From an uncultured Clostridia bacterium (GTDB lineage: Bacteria > Bacillota > Clostridia > TANB77 > CAG-508), in contig CAKOWY010000001.1 in NCBI GenBank assembly GCA_934129895.1, positions 272,788-336,787 of the forward strand: 64,000 nt of DNA. Reading direction: 5' to 3'. Within the stretch, counting starts at the first letter, position 1, and each line of letters starts with the position of its first letter. Under the pieces are notes generated by a model. The model did no database searches and was not told the DNA's origin. It saw only the letters and a program-made list of their open reading frames with translations. This document shows positions 37,366 to 48,797 of this stretch, piece after piece. Position numbers and translations under genes: made by a program.

Positions 37366-39489
37366 TTAATTAACTTTATATATTGATACGCCTTGTTCAT
37401 TATATATTTGTTCAAAATCAACATTTTCTGTATCAAATTCTCTTACATCTCTTGTAGATACTATATATTTAATTCCTAATTCTTTTACTTTTTCTGGTGT
37501 TAAATATAATTTTATACTATCTTCATATAATAATTCTACTTTATTTTGATCTTTGGTTATTTCCATTGTAATATGTGCATATCTATTATAAATTTTCTTA
37601 ATTGATTCATTTTCTGCATTTTCAGTTCCTAATACAGTCTTAAATAAATCAAAATTTGGATATATATTAGTTGAATTCAATACTTTTGCACCACTTGCTA
37701 ATAAATAGTTTGGCATATAAAATATTGTATTGTCTGTAATCCATAAATTATTTTCAGAATCTTCACTTACTATTTTTTGTACTTCTTTTGCTAATGGTTT
37801 ATCTGTTAAAACTGATATTCCTTTTTGAATAGGATTTACTGTAATTCCTGTCATAATTGCCATTCCTGCTAATCCTATTAGTAATATTTTCTTATTTTTT
37901 GGATTGTTCATTGTTAAAATTAAATATAAGAATATTACTAATATTAATCCACAACAATATGATTTTAATGAGCCTAATAAATTAGCTGGTGCTGTTTTTA
38001 ATGCTATACTCATAAATATTACACTTAAAACTATTGCTAATATTTTTGCAATATCATCTTTTTTTATTAATATTGTTTCTTTATTTGTTATTGATAATAA
38101 ATATACTAGTAATAATACTTGTATAAATCCTAATGGAACTGTCAATCTACTTCCTGTTGTTATATATAATAATGTTATTTTTGCAAATAACTCATTTGTT
38201 TTAAATAATGAGAATATTGAAAATACTACAGATAATATTAACAATGGTATAAAAAATCCAAAATGTTTTTTCCTATCTTTATTTCTAATTAAATATATTA
38301 TAGCTAATATCATTGGAATTGGATAAAAAGATATCATTCCAGCTAGCTCACATGGATTATTTACTGAACAATAAGGAAATAAGAAACTATATATATATGA
38401 GAATAATATTCCTATTCCGTTTCCTCCAATTTCAAATCTCATTCCTGGATAATCTGTGTTCATTGTTGCATTCAAAGCATCAGATGACTTATATAAATAT
38501 CTAACTCCTATTGCACCTATTGCTAATATTACAGCAAGAATAATCAATATATCCTTTTTCTGTATTTTGTAAACTTTTCTGTTTTTTATACATAAAGAAA
38601 TAAATACTGCTATATATATGTATATAAATGGTACTTGCCATGCAGGATACATTATAAATACATAAGATATTGCACTTATAAATATACCAAATGCATATAT
38701 AAATTTATATTTTATTTTATCTGTCCTCAAATACTTATCTGCTAATATTAATGCTAACATTCCCCACATTAAAACATCTGTCATGTTCCACCATTGAGTT
38801 GCTGCTGAAAATACAACTAACAACATTCCACATGCTGATATAATTTTTTTCTTATCAGTTATTAGTAAAAAGAATTCATAAGCAACTAATACTAAACAAA
38901 TCCATTTTCCAGCCCATAATACAGCTAGTCCTCTTGAAGCTCCAAATAATAAGAATCCAACATTAAATGGTCTTGCAAGTGTTAAGATATCTAGTACTGC
39001 TGGTGCCACAACAGAAAACATATCTGTCATAGTTCCTCTTAAATTGTTATTATAATATGCAAATCTATTATTTGCATCAAGTGCTTGTGATACAAATATT
39101 GGTGTATTTACAACCCATTCATCTGATCTTATACTTCTATATTTTCCTAATACTGGCTCAAAATATGTACTTCTTGCTTCTCCTTGGAGTATATCATTAT
39201 ATACTCCAATAGATGAACCTGAATATTCGAAAATTACAGCTATTATAAATAAAACTCCAGCAATTTGAAATCTATATTTATGAATAAATTCATAAATATC
39301 TTTTAATTTTAATATAAAGTGTAATGCAATAAACATTAATATTGCACCAACTAAAAATATTCTATCAATAACAATTGTAGTTCTTGTAATTGTATAGATT
39401 GTTGAAAGTGTAAATGAAATTATAAATGCAACTATTATTTTAAATATTGTATAATTTCCTTTTGTCAAAAATTCTTTTATTTTCTTCAT
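37366..39489 (-). CDS. large polytopic membrane protein, putative GT-C-type glycosyltransferase/polymerase
   Basis: The 707-aa protein has 12 or more TM helices followed by a roughly 200-aa C-terminal extracytoplasmic domain, and it sits inside the glycosyltransferase locus. Confidence 0.6.
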   Translation of the reverse strand: MKKIKEFLTKGNYTIFKIIVAFIISFTLSTIYTITRTTIVIDRIFLVGAILMFIALHFILKLKDIYEFIHKYRFQIAGVLFIIAVIFEYSGSSIGVYNDILQGEARSTYFEPVLGKYRSIRSDEWVVNTPIFVSQALDANNRFAYYNNNLRGTMTDMFSVVAPAVLDILTLARPFNVGFLLFGASRGLAVLWAGKWICLVLVAYEFFLLITDKKKIISACGMLLVVFSAATQWWNMTDVLMWGMLALILADKYLRTDKIKYKFIYAFGIFISAISYVFIMYPAWQVPFIYIYIAVFISLCIKNRKVYKIQKKDILIILAVILAIGAIGVRYLYKSSDALNATMNTDYPGMRFEIGGNGIGILFSYIYSFLFPYCSVNNPCELAGMISFYPIPMILAIIYLIRNKDRKKHFGFFIPLLILSVVFSIFSLFKTNELFAKITLLYITTGSRLTVPLGFIQVLLLVYLLSITNKETILIKKDDIAKILAIVLSVIFMSIALKTAPANLLGSLKSYCCGLILVIFLYLILTMNNPKNKKILLIGLAGMAIMTGITVNPIQKGISVLTDKPLAKEVQKIVSEDSENNLWITDNTIFYMPNYLLASGAKVLNSTNIYPNFDLFKTVLGTENAENESIKKIYNRYAHITMEITKDQNKVELLYEDSIKLYLTPEKVKELGIKYIVSTRDVREFDTENVDFEQIYNEQGVSIYKVN

Positions 39490-39509
39490 TTATAGATATT
39501 CCTTCCATA

Positions 39510-41042
39510 TTATTGTACAAAATATGTTATTATTTTTAAAATTGGTATAATGTTAAATAATAAATAAATTGAAAAATATTTTAATTCAATATTTTTTATT
39601 TTTATACTATTTTCTTTTAAGCACATTGCTAATAAGAACAATATATATACTGGAATAAAATATCTTCCTTGTACTCCAGCTATTATTCTAGCACCAACTG
39701 GTGAAAATGTTAAATATAAACCTGTCAATATTAATGCGATTAATATTAGTCCAATAATAATCATTATTATTTTTTGATATTTATCTAAAGTTTTTTTAGT
39801 TTCTTCAAAAAATGGTGTTATAAATAATCCAAAAGTCATTGGAATAATATATAAAGCTGGTATTGATACTTCTAATAGACCTAATGCATTTCCTGTAAAT
39901 CCAAATAAATATGATTCGCCATTAATTTCTAATGATTTTATAAATACTTTAATATAATTAATTGGATTTTTTATTATATATTTTAATTGTTCTATTGCTT
40001 GAACGTTATTTACTATTATATATTCTCTTAAATCAACATATTTTTGTGAAAATACAAACCATCCAACTGATGCACCAATTGATGTAAGTATTGATATTAA
40101 TATTAGTTTGATTTTTTTATTTTTACTTATATTTTTATTTTTTATTAGCAATAAACTCATAAATGTTAGTGGAAAATATACATATTTGCATACAGATAAA
40201 CTCAAAGCTATTATATAATATATTAACCTTTGTTTTAATGTTAAATCACTTTCTTGATACATTAATTTTAAATTATATGATATAAATAATATTGCTAACA
40301 TATTTATAAAAGCATCTGCAGATAATGAACATGCTTGTTGCATTATCATTGGTAAAAACATATAAATTCCAAGCATTAATTTTCCAAATGGTATCATTTT
40401 TATTGAATAATATCCTACTAATATAAATAATATAAAATTTACTAATCTAATTATATAACACATTAGAATTATATTTATATTAAACATTCTTCCTACAAAA
40501 AATCCAATTGCTCCTGTTAAATAATTTATTGGAAAATATGTTTTTGTTATTGTATCAACACTTACTAAATTCTGATAATCTGTTTTTTCTGCCATTAAAT
40601 ATCTACATGCATCAAATTTATTCCAAGATTGAGCTAATTTTAACAATTGCTCTGGTACATATATTTCACCTTTGTTTTCTTCTCCAAGTGGTGTTATAAA
40701 ATTCCCACATGAAAAGTCATAAGCTCTAAATATATGTGCTTCTTCATCAGGAACTTTTACTAAAGGTACTAAAATTGCATACATCATTCCTATTGGTATT
40801 ATGCAAGTTACAAATAATTTAGCAATATCTTTTTTATATTTAACAAAATTATATATTATTATTCCAACTAATAATATAATAAAAATTCCACTCATTACTA
40901 ATGATATTTTAGAAATACTTCCATTTTTATGCTCTGTTTGCAAACTAAATATTGTAACTGCTAATATTAATGCAATTATAAATTCAATTATTGAATTTGA
41001 TTTATTCCAAATTTTATCTTTGTTTTCTTTTAACCAATCCAT
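39510..41042 (-). CDS. polytopic membrane protein (DUF2142-like, GT-C-like candidate)
   Basis: The 510-aa multi-TM protein has a conserved extracytoplasmic acidic motif (KVPDEEAHIFRAYDFSCG) after TM3. Confidence 0.6.
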   Translation of the reverse strand: MDWLKENKDKIWNKSNSIIEFIIALILAVTIFSLQTEHKNGSISKISLVMSGIFIILLVGIIIYNFVKYKKDIAKLFVTCIIPIGMMYAILVPLVKVPDEEAHIFRAYDFSCGNFITPLGEENKGEIYVPEQLLKLAQSWNKFDACRYLMAEKTDYQNLVSVDTITKTYFPINYLTGAIGFFVGRMFNINIILMCYIIRLVNFILFILVGYYSIKMIPFGKLMLGIYMFLPMIMQQACSLSADAFINMLAILFISYNLKLMYQESDLTLKQRLIYYIIALSLSVCKYVYFPLTFMSLLLIKNKNISKNKKIKLILISILTSIGASVGWFVFSQKYVDLREYIIVNNVQAIEQLKYIIKNPINYIKVFIKSLEINGESYLFGFTGNALGLLEVSIPALYIIPMTFGLFITPFFEETKKTLDKYQKIIMIIIGLILIALILTGLYLTFSPVGARIIAGVQGRYFIPVYILFLLAMCLKENSIKIKNIELKYFSIYLLFNIIPILKIITYFVQ

Positions 41043-41051
41043 TATTTTATC

Positions 41052-43304
41052 CTATTCTATTTTTTTATTTTTTCTTGTTAGTTTTCCTTTTATTTTTTTT
41101 GCAATTTTCCAAATCATACTACTTCTCATTTTTTCATATCTATAAACGACATGACCATAAGATGCTTGATATTGGTTGAATTCAAACTCTTTTGATTTGG
41201 CTCTATATTCCATAAAATTGTATATATTCGCAATTTCATTTTTATTTTCTATATTTGAATATAATTTATTATAATATTCTTGCATTTCTTCTACTGTCTT
41301 AAATTTATATTTTTTAAAGTTTTCTTTTTTATTTTTATATTCTTCACTATTATTACTTATTTCTTTAATTTTTTCAAGTATTTTTGTTGAACTTGTATTT
41401 AAATTTATTATCCATCCTAGCTCGTCTTTTTTTACTCTGTCACCAACAGCTCCAATATCATAAGTTAATATTGGAACTTCTGCCATATAACTTTCTGTTA
41501 GTGTATATGAATATGTTTCTGGCCATGTTGCAAACATACAAACTAGATCAATATCATTATCTACAAGTAATTGAGGTAATTCTCCTCTTGTATATTTCCC
41601 ATGATTTATATAATTTTCTCTACTTTTTTCTAATTCTTTATCTTCAGATTTTCCAAATAAATGTATTTTTATATTCGAATTATTATTTTTCTTTACTAAA
41701 TCTTTTAAAATATTGCTACCTTTGTGTATTGCCATTGCCCCAACAAATGCAATATTAAAATCTTTTGATATTCTTTCTTTTCTTTTTGGAATTATTACAT
41801 TTACGCCATGCTCTACTGTTTCTATTTGTAATTCTTTATACACATTGTTAAATATTTTTTTTGTATTATCTGATGGAACAATTATTTTGTCAAATCTTTT
41901 TAATACATCTAAACAAGTTTTTTGCCAGTTATTTAAAATATTACTATTTACTCCATATCTTATATTAAGACATTTGGCACAATCTTTACTTTCATCTTCT
42001 TCACAATACTTTTCTTTATATACCATATTTATTGATGGGCATATCATATATAAATCATGTAAAGTTATAATTGAATATATATTTCTCTTTTTTGCTATGT
42101 CTATTGCATCAAATGTTTGAAATAAGAAATGATGCACATGTAAAATATCTATTTTAAAACTATCAAATATATTTTCTAACATTTCTTTATATGTATTATT
42201 TGTATATGTTATTTGTCCATATTGTTGAATATCTGTTTTATAATTTGCAATTTCTCTAGCATATTTATCTGTATATAAATATAATTTGAATCTTGATAAA
42301 TCACATTTATCTGGAGCAAGTACAAAACTTGCAATATTATTCATTTTATTTGACTGAATTAAATCTTTTATATGTAATGATGTTCCTCCAGTCATTTCCA
42401 TGCTTTCTTCCCATTCATTTACTAAATATAATATTTTCTTTTTATTATATAATATAATATTTAAATTTACATTTTCTTGTATATCTCTTATTGGATTATT
42501 GGCAATAAAATTATCTGTTTTTTGAACATATATAGGATGTTTCTTTCTTAATAATTGCATGTGTTCATCAATCAATGCTGCTCTTGATGCTGTCATATTT
42601 TCTTTTTTAAAGCTTTGTGTTCCTTTATGATATATAAATGTATTATCACATAAAACATTAGTATATCCATGATCCAAAGCTCTGTAACAAAAATCATTTT
42701 CTTCTCCATATCCTTTTCCAAATGTCTTTGCATCAAATAATCCTAATTCATTAATTACGTCTCTTTTTATATACATACAAAAACCATTTCCTGTTGTTAA
42801 TTCTGGATATCTGTTTTTTGAAGATTTTTCTATCATAAGAGCATATTCTTCTAAATTCATATTTTTTGGTAATTCATTATCTACTCCAAAGTTAGGAACT
42901 GAACATATTGTTCCATTATTTGTTAAAGGTGTAACTGTTGCAATATATTGGCTTGAATATGCACAATTTTGAATTTTTTCTATCCAGTTTGCAGTTACTT
43001 CTGTATCACTATTTAATAATATTACATCATTTTCTGAATACTTCATTCCTTTATTTACTGTTCTAACAAATCCCATATTTTTTTCATTATCTAATACAAC
43101 TATTTTTTTGTCTTCATTTTCATTTTTATATTTGTTTAACATTGGCAAGATTTTTTCATCTGGGCTTTTATCATTTATTAAAACCAAAGTATGTTTATTT
43201 AAATCTGTATTTTTTATAATACTTTTTATACACTCTTCTGTAAATTCATAAGCATTATATATCGGTACTATAATATCTATTGTTTTCATATTATTCTCAC
43301 TCAC
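41052..43304 (-). CDS. bifunctional glycosyltransferase (N-terminal GT2 + C-terminal GT1/GT4 domain)
   Basis: The N-terminus has the GT2 signature IIVPIYNAYEF...NDKSPD. A GT4-like fold with an E..G motif region occupies the C-terminal half. Confidence 0.75.
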   Translation of the reverse strand: MSENNMKTIDIIVPIYNAYEFTEECIKSIIKNTDLNKHTLVLINDKSPDEKILPMLNKYKNENEDKKIVVLDNEKNMGFVRTVNKGMKYSENDVILLNSDTEVTANWIEKIQNCAYSSQYIATVTPLTNNGTICSVPNFGVDNELPKNMNLEEYALMIEKSSKNRYPELTTGNGFCMYIKRDVINELGLFDAKTFGKGYGEENDFCYRALDHGYTNVLCDNTFIYHKGTQSFKKENMTASRAALIDEHMQLLRKKHPIYVQKTDNFIANNPIRDIQENVNLNIILYNKKKILYLVNEWEESMEMTGGTSLHIKDLIQSNKMNNIASFVLAPDKCDLSRFKLYLYTDKYAREIANYKTDIQQYGQITYTNNTYKEMLENIFDSFKIDILHVHHFLFQTFDAIDIAKKRNIYSIITLHDLYMICPSINMVYKEKYCEEDESKDCAKCLNIRYGVNSNILNNWQKTCLDVLKRFDKIIVPSDNTKKIFNNVYKELQIETVEHGVNVIIPKRKERISKDFNIAFVGAMAIHKGSNILKDLVKKNNNSNIKIHLFGKSEDKELEKSRENYINHGKYTRGELPQLLVDNDIDLVCMFATWPETYSYTLTESYMAEVPILTYDIGAVGDRVKKDELGWIINLNTSSTKILEKIKEISNNSEEYKNKKENFKKYKFKTVEEMQEYYNKLYSNIENKNEIANIYNFMEYRAKSKEFEFNQYQASYGHVVYRYEKMRSSMIWKIAKKIKGKLTRKNKKIE

Positions 43305-43321
43305 TTTATTAAAAATTCTTT

Positions 43322-45016
43322 TTATATGTTTATACTCAATCCTGTATTGTTTTTACTTAAATTTGGACTAAAATAAATATCTCCTCTTTTATACATATTT
43401 GTCCAATGTTTTTGGAATTTTTCTTCATCAATTTTATCTGTTTGATTTAGTTTTTTTACACATATTGAAATTATTGGATTTATAACAACTTGTTTTTGTT
43501 GTTGTAAGATTTTTAAACATGTATCAATACTTACTGCAAGTTCTTTATATTCTGTTGTAAATCCTTTTATTTTTTCAAATACAGCTTTATCTATCATTGC
43601 ATATTTTACATATACACACATTACATTATGTATTATTAATAATCTTTGCATATATGTTCCAATGTCTTTAGGTGCACCTTTATATAGAAAATCTCCAATT
43701 CCATTCATTCCTAATATAATTCCACTATGTTCCACTTGATTTTGTTCATTATATAATTTTGTACCTACAATTCCTACATTTGGATCTTGGCATATTCCGA
43801 CTAAATCTTCTATATAAGAAGTTTTATCTATGTTTATTAAATTTTCATCAAAAATTATAAAGTATTTTCCTTCAGCTAAAGATACAGCTTTATTATAATC
43901 TTCAAATATATTATTAGTTAGTTTTACTGTTTTATATTTTTCCTCTAATTTTTCATTTGTTATTATTATAATTTCGTAATTCTTATAAGTTGAAATTTTT
44001 ACTTTTTCTATAAGGCTATTTATCTGCTCTTTTGACATATTTGTTCCGTCAATAATTATACTAACTTTATAATTTTCTTTAACAATATATTTTACTTCAT
44101 AACTTCCTGGTGTTAAACCATCTGTTACTTCTACATCTATATCTAAACTTCTTTTTATATGGTCTTTTATAACTTTTTTTCCGATTTCAAATGCATAAGG
44201 TTTTGAGTCTGAATTTTGTGCTGTTGAATTTTTATGTGCTCTCCAATGATATAATACTTTTGGAATATGTATTATATTTTGAGTTAATTCTGAAGCTCTT
44301 GCTACTATATCAAAGTCTTGACTTCCATCATATTCACTTCTAAATCCTCCAAGCTTCTCCATCAATTCTTTTTTAAATACACTAAAATGACAAATATAAT
44401 TTGCACTATTTAATGTATATGGAGAAAAATCTGGTTTAAAAAACACTCCATATCTTGGTCCTTTTAATCTTTCCAACTTATCCTCATCTGAATATATAAA
44501 TTCTACTTCTGGATTTTCATTTATTACTTTTACTATCTCAAACAAAGAAAATGAAGGTAATAAATCGTCATGATCTAAAAGTCCTATATAATCACCTGTT
44601 GCAAGTGTTAGTGCTTCATTTGTATTACCAGAAATTCCTTTATTTTCTCCTATTATTTTATATTTAATTCTACTATCTTTTTTTGGATATTCTTGCATAT
44701 ATTTTATTGGTTCTGGTGAACCATCAGCTAAGCATAACTCCCAATTTGAATATGTTTGATTTTGCAAACTTTGTACTAATTCTGCGAAAAAGTTTTCTGG
44801 TGTATTATATACAGGTACAACAATACTTATTTTAGGATTAATATCAAATTTCGTATTTTTTTGTTTTGCAAGATCTTCTTTATTTGGCTCATTCTTATCT
44901 ATCCATTTCTTATAGATTTTTTCTTCTTCTGTGTATTCTCCAAAAATTCTTGCATATACTTTTTTTGCAAATTCTCTACGTTTTGAACCTTGGGGTAATA
45001 TCTTATTTATATCCAT
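43322..45016 (-). CDS. tandem GT2-domain glycosyltransferase
   Basis: The first GT2 domain is ISIVVPVYNTPENF...LADGS. A second GT2-like domain begins near YKVSIIIDGTNMS. Confidence 0.75.
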   Translation of the reverse strand: MDINKILPQGSKRREFAKKVYARIFGEYTEEEKIYKKWIDKNEPNKEDLAKQKNTKFDINPKISIVVPVYNTPENFFAELVQSLQNQTYSNWELCLADGSPEPIKYMQEYPKKDSRIKYKIIGENKGISGNTNEALTLATGDYIGLLDHDDLLPSFSLFEIVKVINENPEVEFIYSDEDKLERLKGPRYGVFFKPDFSPYTLNSANYICHFSVFKKELMEKLGGFRSEYDGSQDFDIVARASELTQNIIHIPKVLYHWRAHKNSTAQNSDSKPYAFEIGKKVIKDHIKRSLDIDVEVTDGLTPGSYEVKYIVKENYKVSIIIDGTNMSKEQINSLIEKVKISTYKNYEIIIITNEKLEEKYKTVKLTNNIFEDYNKAVSLAEGKYFIIFDENLINIDKTSYIEDLVGICQDPNVGIVGTKLYNEQNQVEHSGIILGMNGIGDFLYKGAPKDIGTYMQRLLIIHNVMCVYVKYAMIDKAVFEKIKGFTTEYKELAVSIDTCLKILQQQKQVVINPIISICVKKLNQTDKIDEEKFQKHWTNMYKRGDIYFSPNLSKNNTGLSINI

Positions 45017-45020
45017 TTTT

Positions 45021-46664
45021 CTACCTCTTCCAAAATAATCTTCTTTTATTTTCTAATTTTTTTATATATTCTCTATTATTTTTGTTTTGTTCTTCAAGAG
45101 ATATTATATATTCTTGTTTTCTTCTATTATCTTCTTCTAATTGTTCTATATATTCTTGTTTTTTCTTATTATCTTCATTTGCATCTTTTAAACAACTTTC
45201 TGCTATTTTTTTATCATTTATTAAATTATCTATACTTGTTATTTTTTTGCAATACATTTTATCAAATATGTCTTTTTCTATTATTTCATCTCTTAATTTT
45301 TTATCTATTTTTTCAAAACAATTTTTGAATTCTAATATTCCTAACTCTTCTAGCAATTTTTCTACATTTATTTTTCTTACTAAATCATAAGAATTTATTA
45401 CTGAACGATAAATTATAAATTCAACTGGTAAATATTCTTTTTCCCATTCTTGATCAAAGAATACAAATTTTTCATTAATATAAAAACAATTTTTAGGAAT
45501 CATATCCCAATATGCTTTTGGTAAATAATTTAATTTTTTCAAAAGTTCTTCTTTTTCTTGGATTTTTACTTTGTTTTTACATATTTCGTACTTTTGAGAA
45601 TTTCTTAATAATAATGTTCTTAATTTATTTAATATTTCTTTTATTTTTTCAAAATCCTTATAATTTTCATCTAAAATTAAATCTAATGTTTTTTCATTTT
45701 TTATCAACTTACTATATAATTTTCCATTTTCTACATAATCAAGAATTTCTATATCTGATTTTTTTAAATCATTTATAATATTTGCCATTCCATTTATATG
45801 ACTAATTGCTTTTGAATTAACAGGTAATTTTTCAACAACATCATCTTTGATTATTGTCATTAATTGATATTCTTGTTTTCTACAATTATTAAATGATATA
45901 TACTTGAATCCTTTATTTACTTCTGCATTTGATGCTTCAATAATATAAGAATTAGCAAAAAATTTTATCAATTCTTTTTCATTTGTTACTATATATTTTA
46001 ATACTTTAATTTCATCAAACAACTTAATCTCATCTTCTGAAATTGCTTGATTATATTTTTCAATTTGACTATCATTTATATTAAAGTTTTCGTTTACTAT
46101 TAATTCTGTTTCTTTATAATTTGGAAAAACATAATATGTATTTATATTTTTTATATTATTTTCTTTTAGTTCTTTTTTTATATGTTCTATTGTTTTTGAT
46201 TTTTCATCATTTCTTTCTACTTTTAATGAGTTGTTTTTTTCTTTTGTTTCACATTTACTCCAATTATTAATTCCTGTAGCATTTTCTCCTATAATTAAAA
46301 TTTTTCCTTCTAAAGATAAAAATTTTACAATTTGAGATATTAAATCAAAATATTTTTCATATCCATAAATAATTATATAATCATATTTACTATTGTCTTC
46401 TATTTCATCTATTTTCTCTACTTGCTTTATTTTCTGTTGATCATCTATAATACTTATTTTTTCACCTATTTGTAAAATATTTTTTTCTTTCTCAAATGGA
46501 TACCATTTTATTATATTACTATTATATATATTTAATTTATTCTCTTCCACCGAAAACTCCTCTCCCCTTAAAATATCTTTATTTTCGCTGTTCCATCTTT
46601 TTCTATATAATGTTGTTTTACTTTTAATTTTTTCATCCACTCTCTTGTTTCTTTTGTTTTCCAA
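45021..46664 (-). CDS. hypothetical protein with C-terminal coiled coil (repeated QEYI motifs)
   Basis: The 547-aa ORF has a C-terminal segment KKQEYIEQLEEDNRRKQEYIISLEEQNKNNREYIKKLE. Its 5' end overlaps the 3' end of the MBL-fold gene by about 97 nt, so the real start is uncertain. Confidence 0.5.
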   Translation of the reverse strand: MENKRNKRVDEKIKSKTTLYRKRWNSENKDILRGEEFSVEENKLNIYNSNIIKWYPFEKEKNILQIGEKISIIDDQQKIKQVEKIDEIEDNSKYDYIIIYGYEKYFDLISQIVKFLSLEGKILIIGENATGINNWSKCETKEKNNSLKVERNDEKSKTIEHIKKELKENNIKNINTYYVFPNYKETELIVNENFNINDSQIEKYNQAISEDEIKLFDEIKVLKYIVTNEKELIKFFANSYIIEASNAEVNKGFKYISFNNCRKQEYQLMTIIKDDVVEKLPVNSKAISHINGMANIINDLKKSDIEILDYVENGKLYSKLIKNEKTLDLILDENYKDFEKIKEILNKLRTLLLRNSQKYEICKNKVKIQEKEELLKKLNYLPKAYWDMIPKNCFYINEKFVFFDQEWEKEYLPVEFIIYRSVINSYDLVRKINVEKLLEELGILEFKNCFEKIDKKLRDEIIEKDIFDKMYCKKITSIDNLINDKKIAESCLKDANEDNKKKQEYIEQLEEDNRRKQEYIISLEEQNKNNREYIKKLENKRRLFWKR

Positions 46665-47464
46665 GGACCTGAGTCTTCTGTTCCATTTATATCATTTCTC
46701 CATAACCAATCTGGTGTTGGCCATAAACAAATTTCAGGTTTTACTATTTTATATAATTCTTCTGTAGCCCCATTTTGACCATGGTGTGCCATTTGAACAA
46801 TATCTGATTTTAAATTTTTTCCTTGATTTTTTATCAATTTTTCACTACTTTCAGCTCCTGTATCTCCTAAAAACAATATTGTTTTATTATTAACTCTTGC
46901 TTTTAGTACCATGCTTGAATTATTTATTGCATTTGTAGTGATTTCTGGATTTTTTATTCCAAGTATACTTACTGTTATATTATCAATTTTAATTTTTTCG
47001 TTAATTTGTGGTTCTACAATTTTGGATTTTAATTCTGGATTATTATCTAAAACATCAAAAAAATCATCTATATCTTCTTTTCGTGATTCTTCATTTTCCA
47101 AATACCAATCTTTATCTTCTATTGAAATATATATTTTTTCTATGTTTATATTTGGATTTTGAGTTATTATTTCAAATGCACCAGCATGATCTGAATGTAT
47201 ATGTGTTATAAACCATGCTTTTACATTTCCACCATTACTAATTATATAATCTTCTAATTGTTGTGCATCACCTTGTGTTCCACCATCAATCAAAACAATT
47301 TCGTTATTTTTTGTTTTTATTGCATATCCCATCATTTGTCTTGATGTTGTTGCTCCAAATTGTGTTAAATATATGTAATTATTTCTTCTTATAATATAAG
47401 CACTTCCTAATATTAGTACTATTACAGATATTATAATTAAAATTTTCTTGACTATTTTTTTCAT
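46568..47464 (-). CDS. MBL-fold metallo-hydrolase (N-terminal TM anchor)
   Basis: It has the HxHxDH motif (ITHIHSDHAG) and further His/Asp ligands. Confidence 0.7.
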   Translation of the reverse strand: MKKIVKKILIIISVIVLILGSAYIIRRNNYIYLTQFGATTSRQMMGYAIKTKNNEIVLIDGGTQGDAQQLEDYIISNGGNVKAWFITHIHSDHAGAFEIITQNPNINIEKIYISIEDKDWYLENEESRKEDIDDFFDVLDNNPELKSKIVEPQINEKIKIDNITVSILGIKNPEITTNAINNSSMVLKARVNNKTILFLGDTGAESSEKLIKNQGKNLKSDIVQMAHHGQNGATEELYKIVKPEICLWPTPDWLWRNDINGTEDSGPWKTKETREWMKKLKVKQHYIEKDGTAKIKIF

Positions 47465-47471
47465 ATATTCC

Positions 47472-48770
47472 TCATTTCTTTGTTACAGTTATTTTCGAAT
47501 CAACTCTTACTAATCCTACACAATCTTTATTTGATGTTATTTCAACTAATAAAGCATCATATTTTCTACTTAATACTTCTAGATCTCCGTTTGCATTAAA
47601 ATGTGTACAACTGAATGATATTGTATATTTGTTTGGAGCTAAATTTAGTTTTTGTCTAAATTCAACAATTGCTGTTTCTCCTTTTTTAAATTCACCTGTT
47701 ACAATTTTTTCAAATGCTGTATTTGTTCCTAAAATATCTAGTCCTTTGAAATCTTTTATTGTCATTGTAAATATTGGTTCTTTAACATCTTCATTAAATT
47801 TGATCTTTGATTTTAAAATTACTTCTTTATCATTTTCTATTGAAGTAATTAAATTATCATTTTCATCAAATATTCCATAATCTATAACATCAGCTTTTCC
47901 GTTTCCATATTCAATAATATTAGGATTTACATCTAAATGATCTTTCCATATTAGATCATTATTATTTTTATCATTATTTATATTTTCGACTACTTTTTCT
48001 GTGTTTTCATCTTTCTTTTTTTCTTCATCTGGAAGTTTTACAATTAATTTTTTGTATTTTTCAACTCCATCTTTTACGCTTCCATCATATATTTTCTTTC
48101 CTGCATCTATTATAATTACTCTTGTGCAATTTCTTATTACGTCATTTACATTATGTGTAACGTATAAAATTGTTTTTCCTCTTTCTTTAAATTGTTCAAA
48201 TTTTTTGAAACATTTTAATTGAAATGCCATATCTCCAACTGATAATACTTCATCAACTATTAAAATATCTGGATCAACATTTATTGCACATGCAAATGCT
48301 AAACGAGCAAACATTCCTGATGAATATGTTTTTACTGGCTGGTACAAATGATCACCAATATCAGCAAAATCAATTATATCTTGTTTAGTAGCTTCTATTT
48401 GTTCTTTAGTAAGTCCCATTACTTGCCCATGTTGATATATGTTTTCCATTCCAGTTAACTCACTATTAAATGCAGCACCTAATTCCAATAAAGAACTTAT
48501 TTTTCCCTTTACTTCTAGTTTTCCTGCTGTAGGTGTTACTACTCCTGTTATCATTTTTAATAATGTTGATTTTCCAGCTCCATTTTTTCCTAATATGCCA
48601 ACAACTTCACCTTTTTTTATTTGTAAATCTAAATTATCTGTTGCTTTAAATACTTGATGTTTATGATAAAAAGGAAATAATGCTTCAAGTAATCTATCTC
48701 TTTTTTTATTAAACATTTTATATTCTTTTACTAATCCTTGTATTTCTATTACATTTTCGCTGTTTTCCAC
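47472..48770 (-). CDS. polysaccharide/teichoic-acid ABC exporter ATP-binding protein (TagH/Wzt-like with C-terminal substrate-binding extension)
   Basis: Walker A (GKNGAGKSTLLK), ABC signature (YSSGM) and Walker B (ILIVDE) are present, with an extra roughly 180-aa C-terminal domain. Confidence 0.8.
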   Translation of the reverse strand: MENSENVIEIQGLVKEYKMFNKKRDRLLEALFPFYHKHQVFKATDNLDLQIKKGEVVGILGKNGAGKSTLLKMITGVVTPTAGKLEVKGKISSLLELGAAFNSELTGMENIYQHGQVMGLTKEQIEATKQDIIDFADIGDHLYQPVKTYSSGMFARLAFACAINVDPDILIVDEVLSVGDMAFQLKCFKKFEQFKERGKTILYVTHNVNDVIRNCTRVIIIDAGKKIYDGSVKDGVEKYKKLIVKLPDEEKKKDENTEKVVENINNDKNNNDLIWKDHLDVNPNIIEYGNGKADVIDYGIFDENDNLITSIENDKEVILKSKIKFNEDVKEPIFTMTIKDFKGLDILGTNTAFEKIVTGEFKKGETAIVEFRQKLNLAPNKYTISFSCTHFNANGDLEVLSRKYDALLVEITSNKDCVGLVRVDSKITVTKK

Positions 48771-48797
48771 GTTGTTCCTCCCTTTATATAATTATTT

